The notes beneath the pieces were generated by a model. That model was not told the DNA's origin and searched no databases. It was given only the letters and a program-made list of their open reading frames with translations. From assembly GCA_003220615.1 (NCBI GenBank), contig QHTB01000155.1, forward strand, positions 39,615-103,614: a stretch of 64,000 bases of DNA, given 5' to 3'. Of the stretch, positions 1 through 9,739 are shown piece by piece. This stretch comes from Candidatus Rokuibacteriota bacterium. Its GTDB lineage: Bacteria; Methylomirabilota; Methylomirabilia; Rokubacteriales; CSP1-6. The number at the start of each line of letters is the position of its first letter. Within the stretch, counting starts at the first letter, position 1. A program made the translations under genes and the position numbers.

Positions 1-75
1 TCGTGCCGATGACGCGGTCGATGTCTCGTGCGCCGCTTGCGCCGGTGCTCCGACGCGACGACGCGAGGCGAGTGG

Positions 76-737
76 CTAGGCGACCGGCAGCGTGAGCCGC
101 GCCTCGATCCCGCCGTCTGGCGGAGTCGAGAGCGCCAGCGTGCCGCCGTGCAGGCGGGCGATCCGTTCCACGGTGACGAGTCCGAGCCCCGCGCGGCCCG
201 GCTTCTTGGACGCCGCCAGCCGAATGGCGACGCGCGGGTTGCGGATCCCGACGCCCCAGTCACGGACGACGAGCGCGACTCGCTCATCACCGGTCTCCGC
301 GCCAACGGTCGGGCTCGGGCGACCGGGGCCGGCGTCTTCGGTGGCCTCGAGCGCATTGCGGATCAGGTGCGACGCCGCGACGCTGAGCAGCTCGGCGTCT
401 CCACGGACGCGCGGCCACTCGCTCCCGACCACGCTCACGCCAGCCGTTCCCAGCCGGCGCACCTCCTGCTCGACGACCGACCGCAGGTCCACCATCGCCA
501 TCTCGTTGCGGTCCAGCGCGGCCACGGAGAACGCAGCGGGCAGCATGCGGGCCAGACGCACGAGCTCCTGGCCGATCGTCTCCAGGCTCTGCTTGGCGAG
601 CGGATCGCTCACACCGGCGCGCTTGACGACTTCGAGATGCATCACCGCCGAGTTCAGCGGGCCACGCAGGTCGTGCAACAGGCGCTCGAGATCGGCCGGC
701 AAGTCACGACGGCGTGCGTCCTCCAGCGGCGGCGCCA

Positions 738-738
<1 letters not shown>
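76..738 (-). CDS. Histidine kinase (HisKA + HATPase), no sensor domain
   Basis: H-box LLHDLRGPL, N-box LIRNALEA, G1 DWGVGI, G2 GLGL; start overlaps stop of the response regulator. Confidence 0.85.
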
Positions 739-2141
<1,403 letters not shown>

Positions 2142-2245
2142 CGTCGCAGTCGCCTCTTGGTTTTCTCGTCGCGTCCACACGCGGGGCGGGAGTCGAGGGA
2201 AATCGTCTCCCGCCCCGTCAGAGTACCCGCAGCGAATCGGGTTTT

Positions 2246-2563
2246 CTAGTTCTTCTGGACTTGCAGGTTGTTGACGACGTTGCGGACACCCTTTGCCTCG
2301 CGGGCGATCTGCTCCGCGCGCGCCCGCTGCTCGGCGCTCTCGACCGTCCCGTTAAGGTAAACAGTGCCGTTGTTGGTGTCAACGTTCACACGGGTCAGGT
2401 TCGACGCCTTGTCGGCGACCAGCTTCGACTTGACCGCCGTGGTGATGCTCGCGTCGTCGATGTTCGTGCCGGCGGACTTGCCGGTCATGCTCCGGCAGCC
2501 GCTCAGTACCGCGAGGACTGCCACCATCACGACCAGCGTTTTCATCAGCCGTCCCAGCCTCAT
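2246..2563 (-). CDS. BON-domain (OsmY-like) lipoprotein
   Basis: Lipobox VLSGC; DDASITTAVKSKL...VNVDTNNGTVYLNG...GVRNVVNNLQV; AGGAGG RBS. Confidence 0.9.
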   Translation of the reverse strand: MRLGRLMKTLVVMVAVLAVLSGCRSMTGKSAGTNIDDASITTAVKSKLVADKASNLTRVNVDTNNGTVYLNGTVESAEQRARAEQIAREAKGVRNVVNNLQVQKN

Positions 2564-2583
2564 GTCCGTTCCTCCTGTCGCTC

Positions 2584-2934
2584 TCAGGCTGCGCGACGTA
2601 TCGTTTCCAGCTCCGCCTGGCACGCCACGCAACGTGTGGCGAAGGGCAGCACACGGAGCCGCGCTTCGGCGATCTCTTCGCCGCAATCGCGGCAGACGCC
2701 GTAGCGTCCGGCTTCGATGTCTTCGAGGGCGGAGTTGACCTGTTGCAGTTCACGGGCCCGGCGGTCGACCACGGCCGCCGCTATCTCGTCATCGTGTGTG
2801 AGCGAGGCGCTCCCGTACGGATCCTTGGCGAGCTCCCGAAAGTGGTCCGTATCACGATTGGAATCCATGCTCGAGTGGATCGCGACCTTCAACGCCGATC
2901 GCTTGCGCTCCAGCTCCCGCTTGATGCTCAGCAT
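2584..2934 (-). CDS. TraR/DksA C4-type zinc-finger protein
   Basis: GRYGVCRDCGEEI...RL...P...RCVACQ; AAGGAGG RBS before ATG 2934. Confidence 0.9.
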   Translation of the reverse strand: MLSIKRELERKRSALKVAIHSSMDSNRDTDHFRELAKDPYGSASLTHDDEIAAAVVDRRARELQQVNSALEDIEAGRYGVCRDCGEEIAEARLRVLPFATRCVACQAELETIRRAA

Positions 2935-2988
2935 AAAGGCGCCTCCTTGAGGGGCCGATCGCCCCGAGGCCTTGTGAGCTTCACGAGA

Positions 2989-3004
2989 GGCACCGACCGT
3001 GCCA
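2989..3004 (-). promoter_or_regulatory. Sigma54 -24/-12 promoter for the dksA-like/BON/regulator/kinase unit
   Basis: TGGCACGGTCGGTGCC (GG-N10-GC). Confidence 0.7.
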
Positions 3005-3211
3005 ACGTTTGGACGACGGTGGGGCCGGCCGAAAGGACGCGAATTCGAGCCAGTTGGGCGGGAATTCGCCGCGCGGGTCATGACGACGTTCTGCACGATC
3101 TCCGCACCCGCGTGCCGGTTGTTGACGGATCTACACTCTTTCGGAGAAATTTTTTCACCCTCTTCCCACTTTGACAACCGTCGACGACCCGAAAGGCCCG
3201 TAGGGACGTCA

Positions 3212-3227
3212 TGGCATGACCGCTGCA
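3212..3227 (+). promoter_or_regulatory. Sigma54 -24/-12 promoter for small ORF and M48 peptidase
   Basis: TGGCATGACCGCTGCA (GG-N10-GC). Confidence 0.7.
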
Positions 3228-3283
3228 CCCATAGAGGACGAGCTTTTATCGAACGCCTCACGTGGAACTGGGGAGAGCAGCCA

Positions 3284-3460
3284 ATGACACACGCGAATGT
3301 CCTGACCGATCCGGTCTCGACGGCCGTCGCCGCCTTCTTCAAGAGCGACCGGCTCCGGACCATCGATCGCTACATCGACTACTTCGGTGGTGGAGGCGCA
3401 GCTTCGGGCGCCGAAGAGCACGTCCTGGTGGAGGTCATCGCCGAGGAGCTCACGGCATGA
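3284..3460 (+). CDS. Small hypothetical protein (58 aa)
   Basis: GGGGAGAG RBS, GC3-rich codons, ATGA overlap with the M48 gene. Confidence 0.65.
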   Translation: MTHANVLTDPVSTAVAAFFKSDRLRTIDRYIDYFGGGGAASGAEEHVLVEVIAEELTA

Positions 3461-4200
3461 GCGACATGAATGGGCCAACGGTCCGACGCGTCCATCATTC
3501 GGGCGGGGACGGCCGGCGGCTGCGCATGGCTACCGTTGCTGCGCTGGGATCGATAGCCCTCCTCCTGGCGGCGTGTGCGGGACCGACGTCCTCGTCCTCT
3601 CCCTCCCCCTCGCCCCGGACCGATGCGAGCGCGCCGAAAACCAGCGCCAAGGCGCTCGATCCGGCGCAGGCTGAGCGTCTCCAGCGCGTGTGGACCCCGC
3701 TGCTCAAGGGGATGGACCACCCGCTGCAGCCCAACCAGGTGAAGGTCGGCCTCATGGACGACCCGCACATCAACGCCGCCAACGCCGGCAATGGCCAGTT
3801 CCTCGTCACCACCGGGTTGCTCGAGAAGGCCAATGACGATCGGCTGCAGGCGGTGCTCGCCCACGAGACGGCCCACGAGGACCTGGGCCACGTGGCCAAG
3901 GCTCAGGCGCTGGGCACCGGCCTCAACATCGGCATGGTCATCCTCGATCAGATCCTGCCGGGCAGCGGCGCGCTCACGCCGATCGCCGGGCAGCTGATCC
4001 TGAACAAGTACAGCCGCAACGAGGAGTATGCCGCCGACAAGCACGGCGTCGAGCTCCTCCGGCGCATCGGCAAGCCGAAGGAGCAGATGATCGACGCGCT
4101 GACGTGGCTGACTCAGGTCGAAGGCAACAGCAAGGGCGGGTTCTTCGCGACCCATCCCGCGACGGGTGATCGGATCGAAGCGCTCCGCCAGATGAAGTAG
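3457..4200 (+). CDS. M48 family zinc metallopeptidase, probable lipoprotein
   Basis: INAA, HETAH zinc motif, YSRNEEYAAD, THP...RI; lipobox LAAC; start uncertain. Confidence 0.9.
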   Translation: MSDMNGPTVRRVHHSGGDGRRLRMATVAALGSIALLLAACAGPTSSSSPSPSPRTDASAPKTSAKALDPAQAERLQRVWTPLLKGMDHPLQPNQVKVGLMDDPHINAANAGNGQFLVTTGLLEKANDDRLQAVLAHETAHEDLGHVAKAQALGTGLNIGMVILDQILPGSGALTPIAGQLILNKYSRNEEYAADKHGVELLRRIGKPKEQMIDALTWLTQVEGNSKGGFFATHPATGDRIEALRQMK

Positions 4201-4214
4201 GCGATTTACTAAGA

Positions 4215-4278
4215 TGGGGGCCCCGACATGGCCCCCAAACCCCCAATGTTCGGAGCGCCCGGCGGAGCCGTGCGCTCC
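4215..4278. repeat. Double GC-rich hairpin (REP-like or terminator) between convergent genes
   Basis: TGGGGGCC..GGCCCCCA followed by GGAGCGC..GCGCTCC. Confidence 0.6.
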
Positions 4279-4325
4279 TCTAAAGCCGCGACGCTCCGCT
4301 GTCAGGCCGTTCGTCGGCGGCGGTG

Positions 4326-4538
4326 CTAGCGGCGGAGGATCTTGCCCACGAGGTAGCCGGTGCCGAGGGCCGCGACGATCACCGGCAACGGGTGATCGCG
4401 CAAGGCGGCGCGCAGCGTCTCGGCCCAGCCCGTGAGCGGCCGCCCGGTCATCTCCATCAGTTGCTCGTCGGCGCCGCGCGCGAGTTGGCGGGCGCGGTCA
4501 CGCACGACGGCGATCGTCCGTTCCATCTGGTGCTCCAT
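4326..4538 (-). CDS. ElaB/YqjD (DUF883)-like tail-anchored small protein
   Basis: C-terminal RDHPLPVIVAALGTGYLVGKILRR signature; AGGAG RBS. Confidence 0.75.
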   Translation of the reverse strand: MEHQMERTIAVVRDRARQLARGADEQLMEMTGRPLTGWAETLRAALRDHPLPVIVAALGTGYLVGKILRR

Positions 4539-4558
4539 GACGACGCTCCTCGGCCCGC

Positions 4559-5488
4559 TCAGGCGATCGGCCGGGCACGCCGCGCGCGCCCACCCTCGAG
4601 CAGCGGGGCCAGCGATTGACGCTCGGCGAAGAGCCCGCGCAGCGGGTCGCCCCGCTGGCGGAGCCGTTCCCGGACGTTGTGGAAGTGAAAATCCTCCGGG
4701 TACACGCTGCGCTCGAGCTCGCTCCATTCGAGCGGCGTCGCCACCGGCGCGCCCGGATACTCGCGCACGGCGTAGGGGCTCACCAGGGTCGCGCCCCGCC
4801 GGTTGCGCAGCACGTCGATCAAGATCTTCCCACGACGGCGCGCGCGACGCATGTCGAATGTGAAGAGCGATGGCTCACGCTGGCGCGCCATCCGGGTGAT
4901 CGTCGACGCGGCCGTCAGGGTCTGCTCGAACGAGTAGACGGGATCGAGGGGCACGATCACGTGCACGCCGGCGCCGCCCGACGTCTTCACCCAGCTCCGG
5001 ATCTTGAAACCGGCGAGCAGGCTGCGGACCAGCAACGCCGCGTTGCGCACCTCGCGGAACGCGATCTCGGTCGGATCGAGATCGAACAGCATGAGGTCGG
5101 GGCGATCGACCGCGTCGACGAGACAGGCCCATGGATGGAACGACGTGTAGCCGAGGTTCACGAGATAGGCGAGGGCCGCGCGCTCACTGCCGATGACGTA
5201 CTCGGCGTAGCCGAGCGCGGCCTGGTCGCTGCGCACGCGCCGGGTCGGGATCCACTGGGGCAGACCGGGCGGCGCCGTCTTCTGGTACACGCATTCGCCG
5301 GCGACGCCGTCGGGGCAGCGGAGCAGGCTGAGCGGCCGCTGGGCGAGGAACGGCAGCACCAGCTCGGCGAGCTTGAGGTAGTAGTCGATGAGGTCGCCCT
5401 TGCTGATGTTGGCCTCGGGCCACAGGAGCGTCTCGGTGTTGGCGAAGAGGATGCGCCGCTCGTCGACCTCGCCGACGCGCGTGCTCAT
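4559..5488 (-). CDS. ligD: Stand-alone LigD-type NHEJ primase-polymerase domain
   Basis: SKGDLIDYY, LLRCPDG, DRPDLMLFDLDP, KTSGGAGVHV, ILIDVLRNRRGAT, PVATPLEWSEL; no ligase or phosphoesterase domain. Confidence 0.9.
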   Translation of the reverse strand: MSTRVGEVDERRILFANTETLLWPEANISKGDLIDYYLKLAELVLPFLAQRPLSLLRCPDGVAGECVYQKTAPPGLPQWIPTRRVRSDQAALGYAEYVIGSERAALAYLVNLGYTSFHPWACLVDAVDRPDLMLFDLDPTEIAFREVRNAALLVRSLLAGFKIRSWVKTSGGAGVHVIVPLDPVYSFEQTLTAASTITRMARQREPSLFTFDMRRARRRGKILIDVLRNRRGATLVSPYAVREYPGAPVATPLEWSELERSVYPEDFHFHNVRERLRQRGDPLRGLFAERQSLAPLLEGGRARRARPIA

Positions 5489-5533
5489 CGGAACGCCCGT
5501 GGTCCGGACGCCGCCGCGGTGGCCGGTCGCACG

Positions 5534-5836
5534 TCAGGCCGCGCGCAAGCGGCGCGGCGTCTCACGGAGATGCTCCACCGTCGCCGCCATGCCGCCGAGC
5601 GCTGCGATCGTCCCGGCCACCGTCGCGCCCGCGCGCGCGAGACTCGCCGTGAGTCGCAGGAGCCGCAGCACGGGCAGCTGGGAGAGCACGAGGCCGGCCA
5701 CGAAGGCGCCGCCGAGCACGAGCCCGAGTGTCCGCCCGCGCCGGGTCACGCGTTGCTCCAACTGATCGAGCTGCGCCTCGATGTGACGACGGGTGAGCGC
5801 TATGTCAGCCTGGATTTCAGCTGGGCGGCGAGCCAT
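5534..5836 (-). CDS. DUF3618-like membrane protein
   Basis: N-terminal PAEIQADIALTRRHIEAQLDQL followed by a hydrophobic segment; overlaps the YqjE-like gene. Confidence 0.7.
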   Translation of the reverse strand: MARRPAEIQADIALTRRHIEAQLDQLEQRVTRRGRTLGLVLGGAFVAGLVLSQLPVLRLLRLTASLARAGATVAGTIAALGGMAATVEHLRETPRRLRAA

Positions 5837-6195
5837 CGCCACGTCTCCTCGATCGAGTGAATGGTTCCGTGCGGCCATGTGAGGTTTCGTACGCGCATCA
5901 CCGACCACGCGATGAGCGCGAGAGAGAGCAGCGCCACGCCGCCGCCGGCGATGACGAGGTGCTGCCAGCCCGCGCCGAAGAGCGGCGCGAAGGCGGCGGC
6001 CACGAGCACCACCAGCGCGGCCACGAACGCGATCGCCGCCGTCACCGCCACCGCGATGGCGATGGCGAGCTGGGTGATGACCGCGCGCGCCTCGGCAAGT
6101 CCGAGCTCGAGCTCGAGGCGCGCCAGGCGCGAGAGGGAACTGCCGAGACCATCGGCCTCGATCGGGACTTCACGCAGGCGGCGCACGGTGGCCAT
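5800..6195 (-). CDS. YqjE/holin-superfamily-III-like membrane protein
   Basis: LARLELELGLAE, two TM segments, P..T..SIEE..RW tail. Confidence 0.75.
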   Translation of the reverse strand: MATVRRLREVPIEADGLGSSLSRLARLELELGLAEARAVITQLAIAIAVAVTAAIAFVAALVVLVAAAFAPLFGAGWQHLVIAGGGVALLSLALIAWSVMRVRNLTWPHGTIHSIEETWRWLAAQLKSRLT

Positions 6196-6209
6196 CGAAG
6201 GTCGCAGGG

Positions 6210-6225
6210 AGCAAGATGACTGCCA
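6210..6225 (-). promoter_or_regulatory. Sigma54 promoter for the yqjE-like/DUF3618/ligD/elaB-like operon
   Basis: TGGCAGTCATCTTGCT; predicted +1 about 4 nt before ATG 6195. Confidence 0.8.
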
Positions 6226-6249
6226 AGACAGGCTGCCGCGTTGCGTTGT

Positions 6250-9200
6250 TCAACCAAAATCGTGAGATGGAATGGTGTACTCCGGGGCGGGCAGGGCGTG
6301 CACCCGTTGGGCTCGGACGGAGACGACCCCGTCCTGGATTTGTAAGATTCCCTCTACGAGTAAAAATGGCTCGGCCACCAGCGTGAGGCGATGGCGCGCG
6401 AAGAGCTGCGGCGTCACGATCACGTTGGCGATTCCGGTCTCATCTTCCAGCGACAAAAACACGAATCCCTTCGCGGTGCCCGGACGTTGTCGCACGATCA
6501 CGCTGCCGGCCACCCGCACCCGTCGTCCGTCCGTGCCGTTCGCGAGGTGGGCCGCGGCGACGACGCCGTCTCGAGCCAGCGCCGCGCGGCGAAGCCGCAT
6601 GGGATGGGGCCCCAGCGTCAGCCCGGTGCCGGCGTAGTCGGCGGCCAGCCGCTCGGCCAGCGTCATGTCGGTGATCGGCTGCGGAGTCTCTGCGTTCGGC
6701 TGCGACATCTCGGTAGAGTTGTGCGGCTCGATAGAGTCGTGCCGCCGCGGCCAAACGTGACGGTCATCGACGCCGGTGAACAGCGGGCCGGCCACCGGAA
6801 CGGCGGCGCGCCACAGATTGCCTCGCCGGGTGCCGCCGAGCGCGTTGAAGGCGCCGACGGCGGCGAGCGCCGTCAGCTCATCGCGATCGAGGCCGGCGCG
6901 CGTGGCGACGTCGGTGAGCGAGCGGAACGGCCGGTCGGCGCGCGCGGCCACGATGGCCCGCCCCGCGCGCTCGCGCAGGCCTTTCACATAGCGCAAGCCG
7001 ATGCGGACTGATTGAAATGGGTGCGGGCCCCCGGGCTTCGCCACGCCCGCACCCCCTCGGAACCACCCGCGGGGTCGTTCGCTCGCGTGATCAGAGTCGC
7101 GGTCAACCGTTTCGACGGTGCAGAGCCAGTCGGAGCGCGTGACGTCGACGGGCAGGAAATGCTGACCACGGCGTTGGCCTTCCTTCACGATCGTGGACGC
7201 GTGGTAGAAGCCCATCGGCTGGTTGTTGAGGAGCGCGGCGTAGAACGCCGCCGCGTGGTGGACTTTGAGATAGGCGCTGGCGTAGGCGAGCAGCGCGAAG
7301 CTCGAGCTGTGCGACTCGGGAAACCCGTAGAGCGCGAACGACGTGATCGAGTGCACGATCTGCTCGGCGGCCTCGCCGGTGATCCCCTGGCGGGCCATCC
7401 CCTCGCGCAGCTTCACCTCGACCTCGTGCATGCGCTGCTCGCTACGTTTGAAGCCGAAGGCGCGGCGAAGCTCCTCGGCCTCGGTGCCGGTGAAGCCGGC
7501 CGCCGCCATCGCCATGCGCAAGAGCTGCTCCTGGAACAGCGGCACGCCCAGCGTGCGGCGCAGGATCGGCTCCAGGCTGGGATGCGGATACGTCACCGGC
7601 TCGCGGCCGCGCCGCCGGCGGATGTAGGGATGCACCATGTCGCCGACGATCGGCCCCGGGCGGATGATGGCGATCTGCACGACGAGGTCGTAGAAGCGCT
7701 CGGGATGGATGCGGGGCAGCGTCGCCATCTGCGCGCGACTCTCCACCTGGAAGACGCCGATGGTCTCCGCGCGCTGGAGCATCGCGTAGACCTCGCGGTC
7801 GTCGGGCGGCAGCTGGGCGAGGTCCACCTCTCCGCCCCGCTCGCTCACCATCGTGATCGCCTCCTGGAGCACCGACATCATGCGCAGCCCGAGCAGGTCG
7901 ATCTTGATCATGCCGAGCGCGGCGCAGTCGTCCTTGTCCCACTGGATGACGACCCGGCCGGGCATCGTCGCCGGCTCCAGCGGCACCACGTCGTCGAGGC
8001 GGCCGGCGGCGATCACCATGCCGCCCGAGTGCTGGCCGAGGTGCCGCGGGAGATCTTGAAGCCGCGTCCACAGCGCGGCGAACACGCGCATGCGCGGGTG
8101 CCGCGGATCGCAGCCCGCCTCGGCCAGGTGCCTGGTGAGCAGATCGCTCGGATCCTGATAGCCCCACGCGGGCGCGAGCTGGGACAACCGCTCCTGCAGC
8201 TCGGGTGGGAGTCCGAGGACCTTGGCCACCTCGCGGGCGGCGCTGCGGCCGCGATAGGTGATCACGTTGGCCGTCATCCCGGCCCCCAGCCGGCCGTAGC
8301 GCTCATAGACGTACTGGATCACCCGCTCGCGGCGGTCACCGCTCGGCAGGTCGAGGTCGATGTCGGGCCACTCGCCCCGCGCCTCGGAGAGAAAGCGCTC
8401 GAAGAGAAGCTCCATCTTCACAGGGTCCACGGCGGTGATGCCGAGCGCGTAGCACACCGCACTGTTGGCGGCTGAGCCGCGCCCTTGCACGAGCACATCG
8501 TTCGCACCACAGAACTCGATGATGTCGTGCACGATCAGGAAGTAACCGGCCAGGTCCAGGCGGCCGATGATCTCGAGCTCGTGGGCGACCTGACGTCGCG
8601 CGCGCTCCGCCAGCTCCCCCTGGCCGTAGCGGGTGCGCACGCCGTGCCCGGTGAGCTCGCGCAAGTGCTCGAGCGCGGACTGACCCGGCGGCAGGGGAAA
8701 ATCGGGAAAGCGGTAGCCGAGGTCCTTCATGGTGAACTGCAGGCGGAGGGCGAGCTCGTCCGTCGTCGCCACGGCATCGGGCAGGTCGGCGAACGCGCGC
8801 GCCATGGCCGCGGGTGAGCGGAGGCCGCGCTCGGCATTGACGCTCAGTCGCCGACCGGCGTGGTCGAGATCGGTCTTCTCGCGCAGGCAGGTGAAGACGT
8901 CGGCCACGGCGCGGCCACCGGGTTTCGCGTAGAGCGGTTGATTGGTGGCGACGAGCCTGACGCGCGCGGCGCGCGCGAGGCGGACGAGCCGCTCGAGCGT
9001 CCGCTCGCCGTCACGATCGAGATGGCGCTGGACCTCGACGAAGCACCCATCGCGGCCGAACAGACGAACGAGCGTGATCAGTCGCTCGAGGGCGTCGTCG
9101 TAACGCCCGGCGCTGACCAGCCGCGCCAGCGGACCGTTCGCGCCGCCGGTGAGACAGACGAGGCCGTCGGTATGTCGCTCGAGGTCGGCCAGCGCGAGAG

Positions 9201-9510
9201 CCGCCTGGCCTTTGGGCGCCGCGAGCTTCATTCGGGTCAGCAGCCGGGACAGATTGCGGTATCCCGTGCGGTCTTCCACCAGTAAGGGCAGCCGCGAGCC
9301 GTCCTCGAGCGTCACCTCGCTGCCGATGATCGGCGTGAGCCCGGCCGCCGTGGCCGCCCGGTGAAAGCGTGGCGCGCCATAGAGGCCGTCGCGATCGACG
9401 AGCGCCAGCGCGCCCATGCCGAGTCGCGCGGCCTCGGTCACGAGCGTCTCGGGGAGGTCGGCGCCTTCGAGAAACGAGAACGCGGACTGCGCGTGCAATT
9501 CGACGAACAT
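6250..9510 (-). CDS. dnaE2: Error-prone DNA polymerase DnaE2 (ImuC)
   Basis: PHP N-terminus, GRGSAANS, PDIDLD, QRPGTAKG, C-terminal SHDF; downstream of imuAB. Confidence 0.97.
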   Translation of the reverse strand: MFVELHAQSAFSFLEGADLPETLVTEAARLGMGALALVDRDGLYGAPRFHRAATAAGLTPIIGSEVTLEDGSRLPLLVEDRTGYRNLSRLLTRMKLAAPKGQAALALADLERHTDGLVCLTGGANGPLARLVSAGRYDDALERLITLVRLFGRDGCFVEVQRHLDRDGERTLERLVRLARAARVRLVATNQPLYAKPGGRAVADVFTCLREKTDLDHAGRRLSVNAERGLRSPAAMARAFADLPDAVATTDELALRLQFTMKDLGYRFPDFPLPPGQSALEHLRELTGHGVRTRYGQGELAERARRQVAHELEIIGRLDLAGYFLIVHDIIEFCGANDVLVQGRGSAANSAVCYALGITAVDPVKMELLFERFLSEARGEWPDIDLDLPSGDRRERVIQYVYERYGRLGAGMTANVITYRGRSAAREVAKVLGLPPELQERLSQLAPAWGYQDPSDLLTRHLAEAGCDPRHPRMRVFAALWTRLQDLPRHLGQHSGGMVIAAGRLDDVVPLEPATMPGRVVIQWDKDDCAALGMIKIDLLGLRMMSVLQEAITMVSERGGEVDLAQLPPDDREVYAMLQRAETIGVFQVESRAQMATLPRIHPERFYDLVVQIAIIRPGPIVGDMVHPYIRRRRGREPVTYPHPSLEPILRRTLGVPLFQEQLLRMAMAAAGFTGTEAEELRRAFGFKRSEQRMHEVEVKLREGMARQGITGEAAEQIVHSITSFALYGFPESHSSSFALLAYASAYLKVHHAAAFYAALLNNQPMGFYHASTIVKEGQRRGQHFLPVDVTRSDWLCTVETVDRDSDHASERPRGWFRGGAGVAKPGGPHPFQSVRIGLRYVKGLRERAGRAIVAARADRPFRSLTDVATRAGLDRDELTALAAVGAFNALGGTRRGNLWRAAVPVAGPLFTGVDDRHVWPRRHDSIEPHNSTEMSQPNAETPQPITDMTLAERLAADYAGTGLTLGPHPMRLRRAALARDGVVAAAHLANGTDGRRVRVAGSVIVRQRPGTAKGFVFLSLEDETGIANVIVTPQLFARHRLTLVAEPFLLVEGILQIQDGVVSVRAQRVHALPAPEYTIPSHDFG
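7012..7080. repeat. Palindromic repeat family A, copy lying in frame within dnaE2
   Basis: TTGAAATGGGTGCGGGCCCCCGGGCTTCGCCACGCCCGCACCCC...ACCACCCGCGG; matches 9535, 22492 and 35437. Confidence 0.75.
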
Positions 9511-9534
9511 CGGTCTCAGCTCACATCGCTATTT

Positions 9535-9603
9535 TTGAATTGGGCACGGGCGCCCGGGCTTCGCCCGCCGGTGCCCCGCCGCGATCACCCGCGGTAATCA
9601 TTC
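9535..9603. repeat. Palindromic repeat family A, intergenic copy
   Basis: TTGAATTGGGCACGGGCGCCCGGGCTTCGCCCGCCGGTGCCCCGCCGCGATCACCCGCGG. Confidence 0.75.
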
Positions 9604-9739
9604 GTCTGCGCGATCTGAGTTGTGACTGTGCGGGACGCAGTCCTGCCCGGACGGAACGGGTCGGCGGATGTCGCCACCCCACCCGCTCACTTCGGATCGA
9701 TGCGTCACGAACTTCATCGGATGCATGCAAGTCCGGGCG

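Noticed and set aside
5800-6195. Prophage lysis gene
   Set aside because: The holin-like family here is the chromosomal YqjE type; no endolysin, integrase or structural genes nearby
7012-7110. Intein in DnaE2
   Set aside because: Insert is only about 25-30 aa and lacks intein terminal motifs; better explained by the DNA repeat
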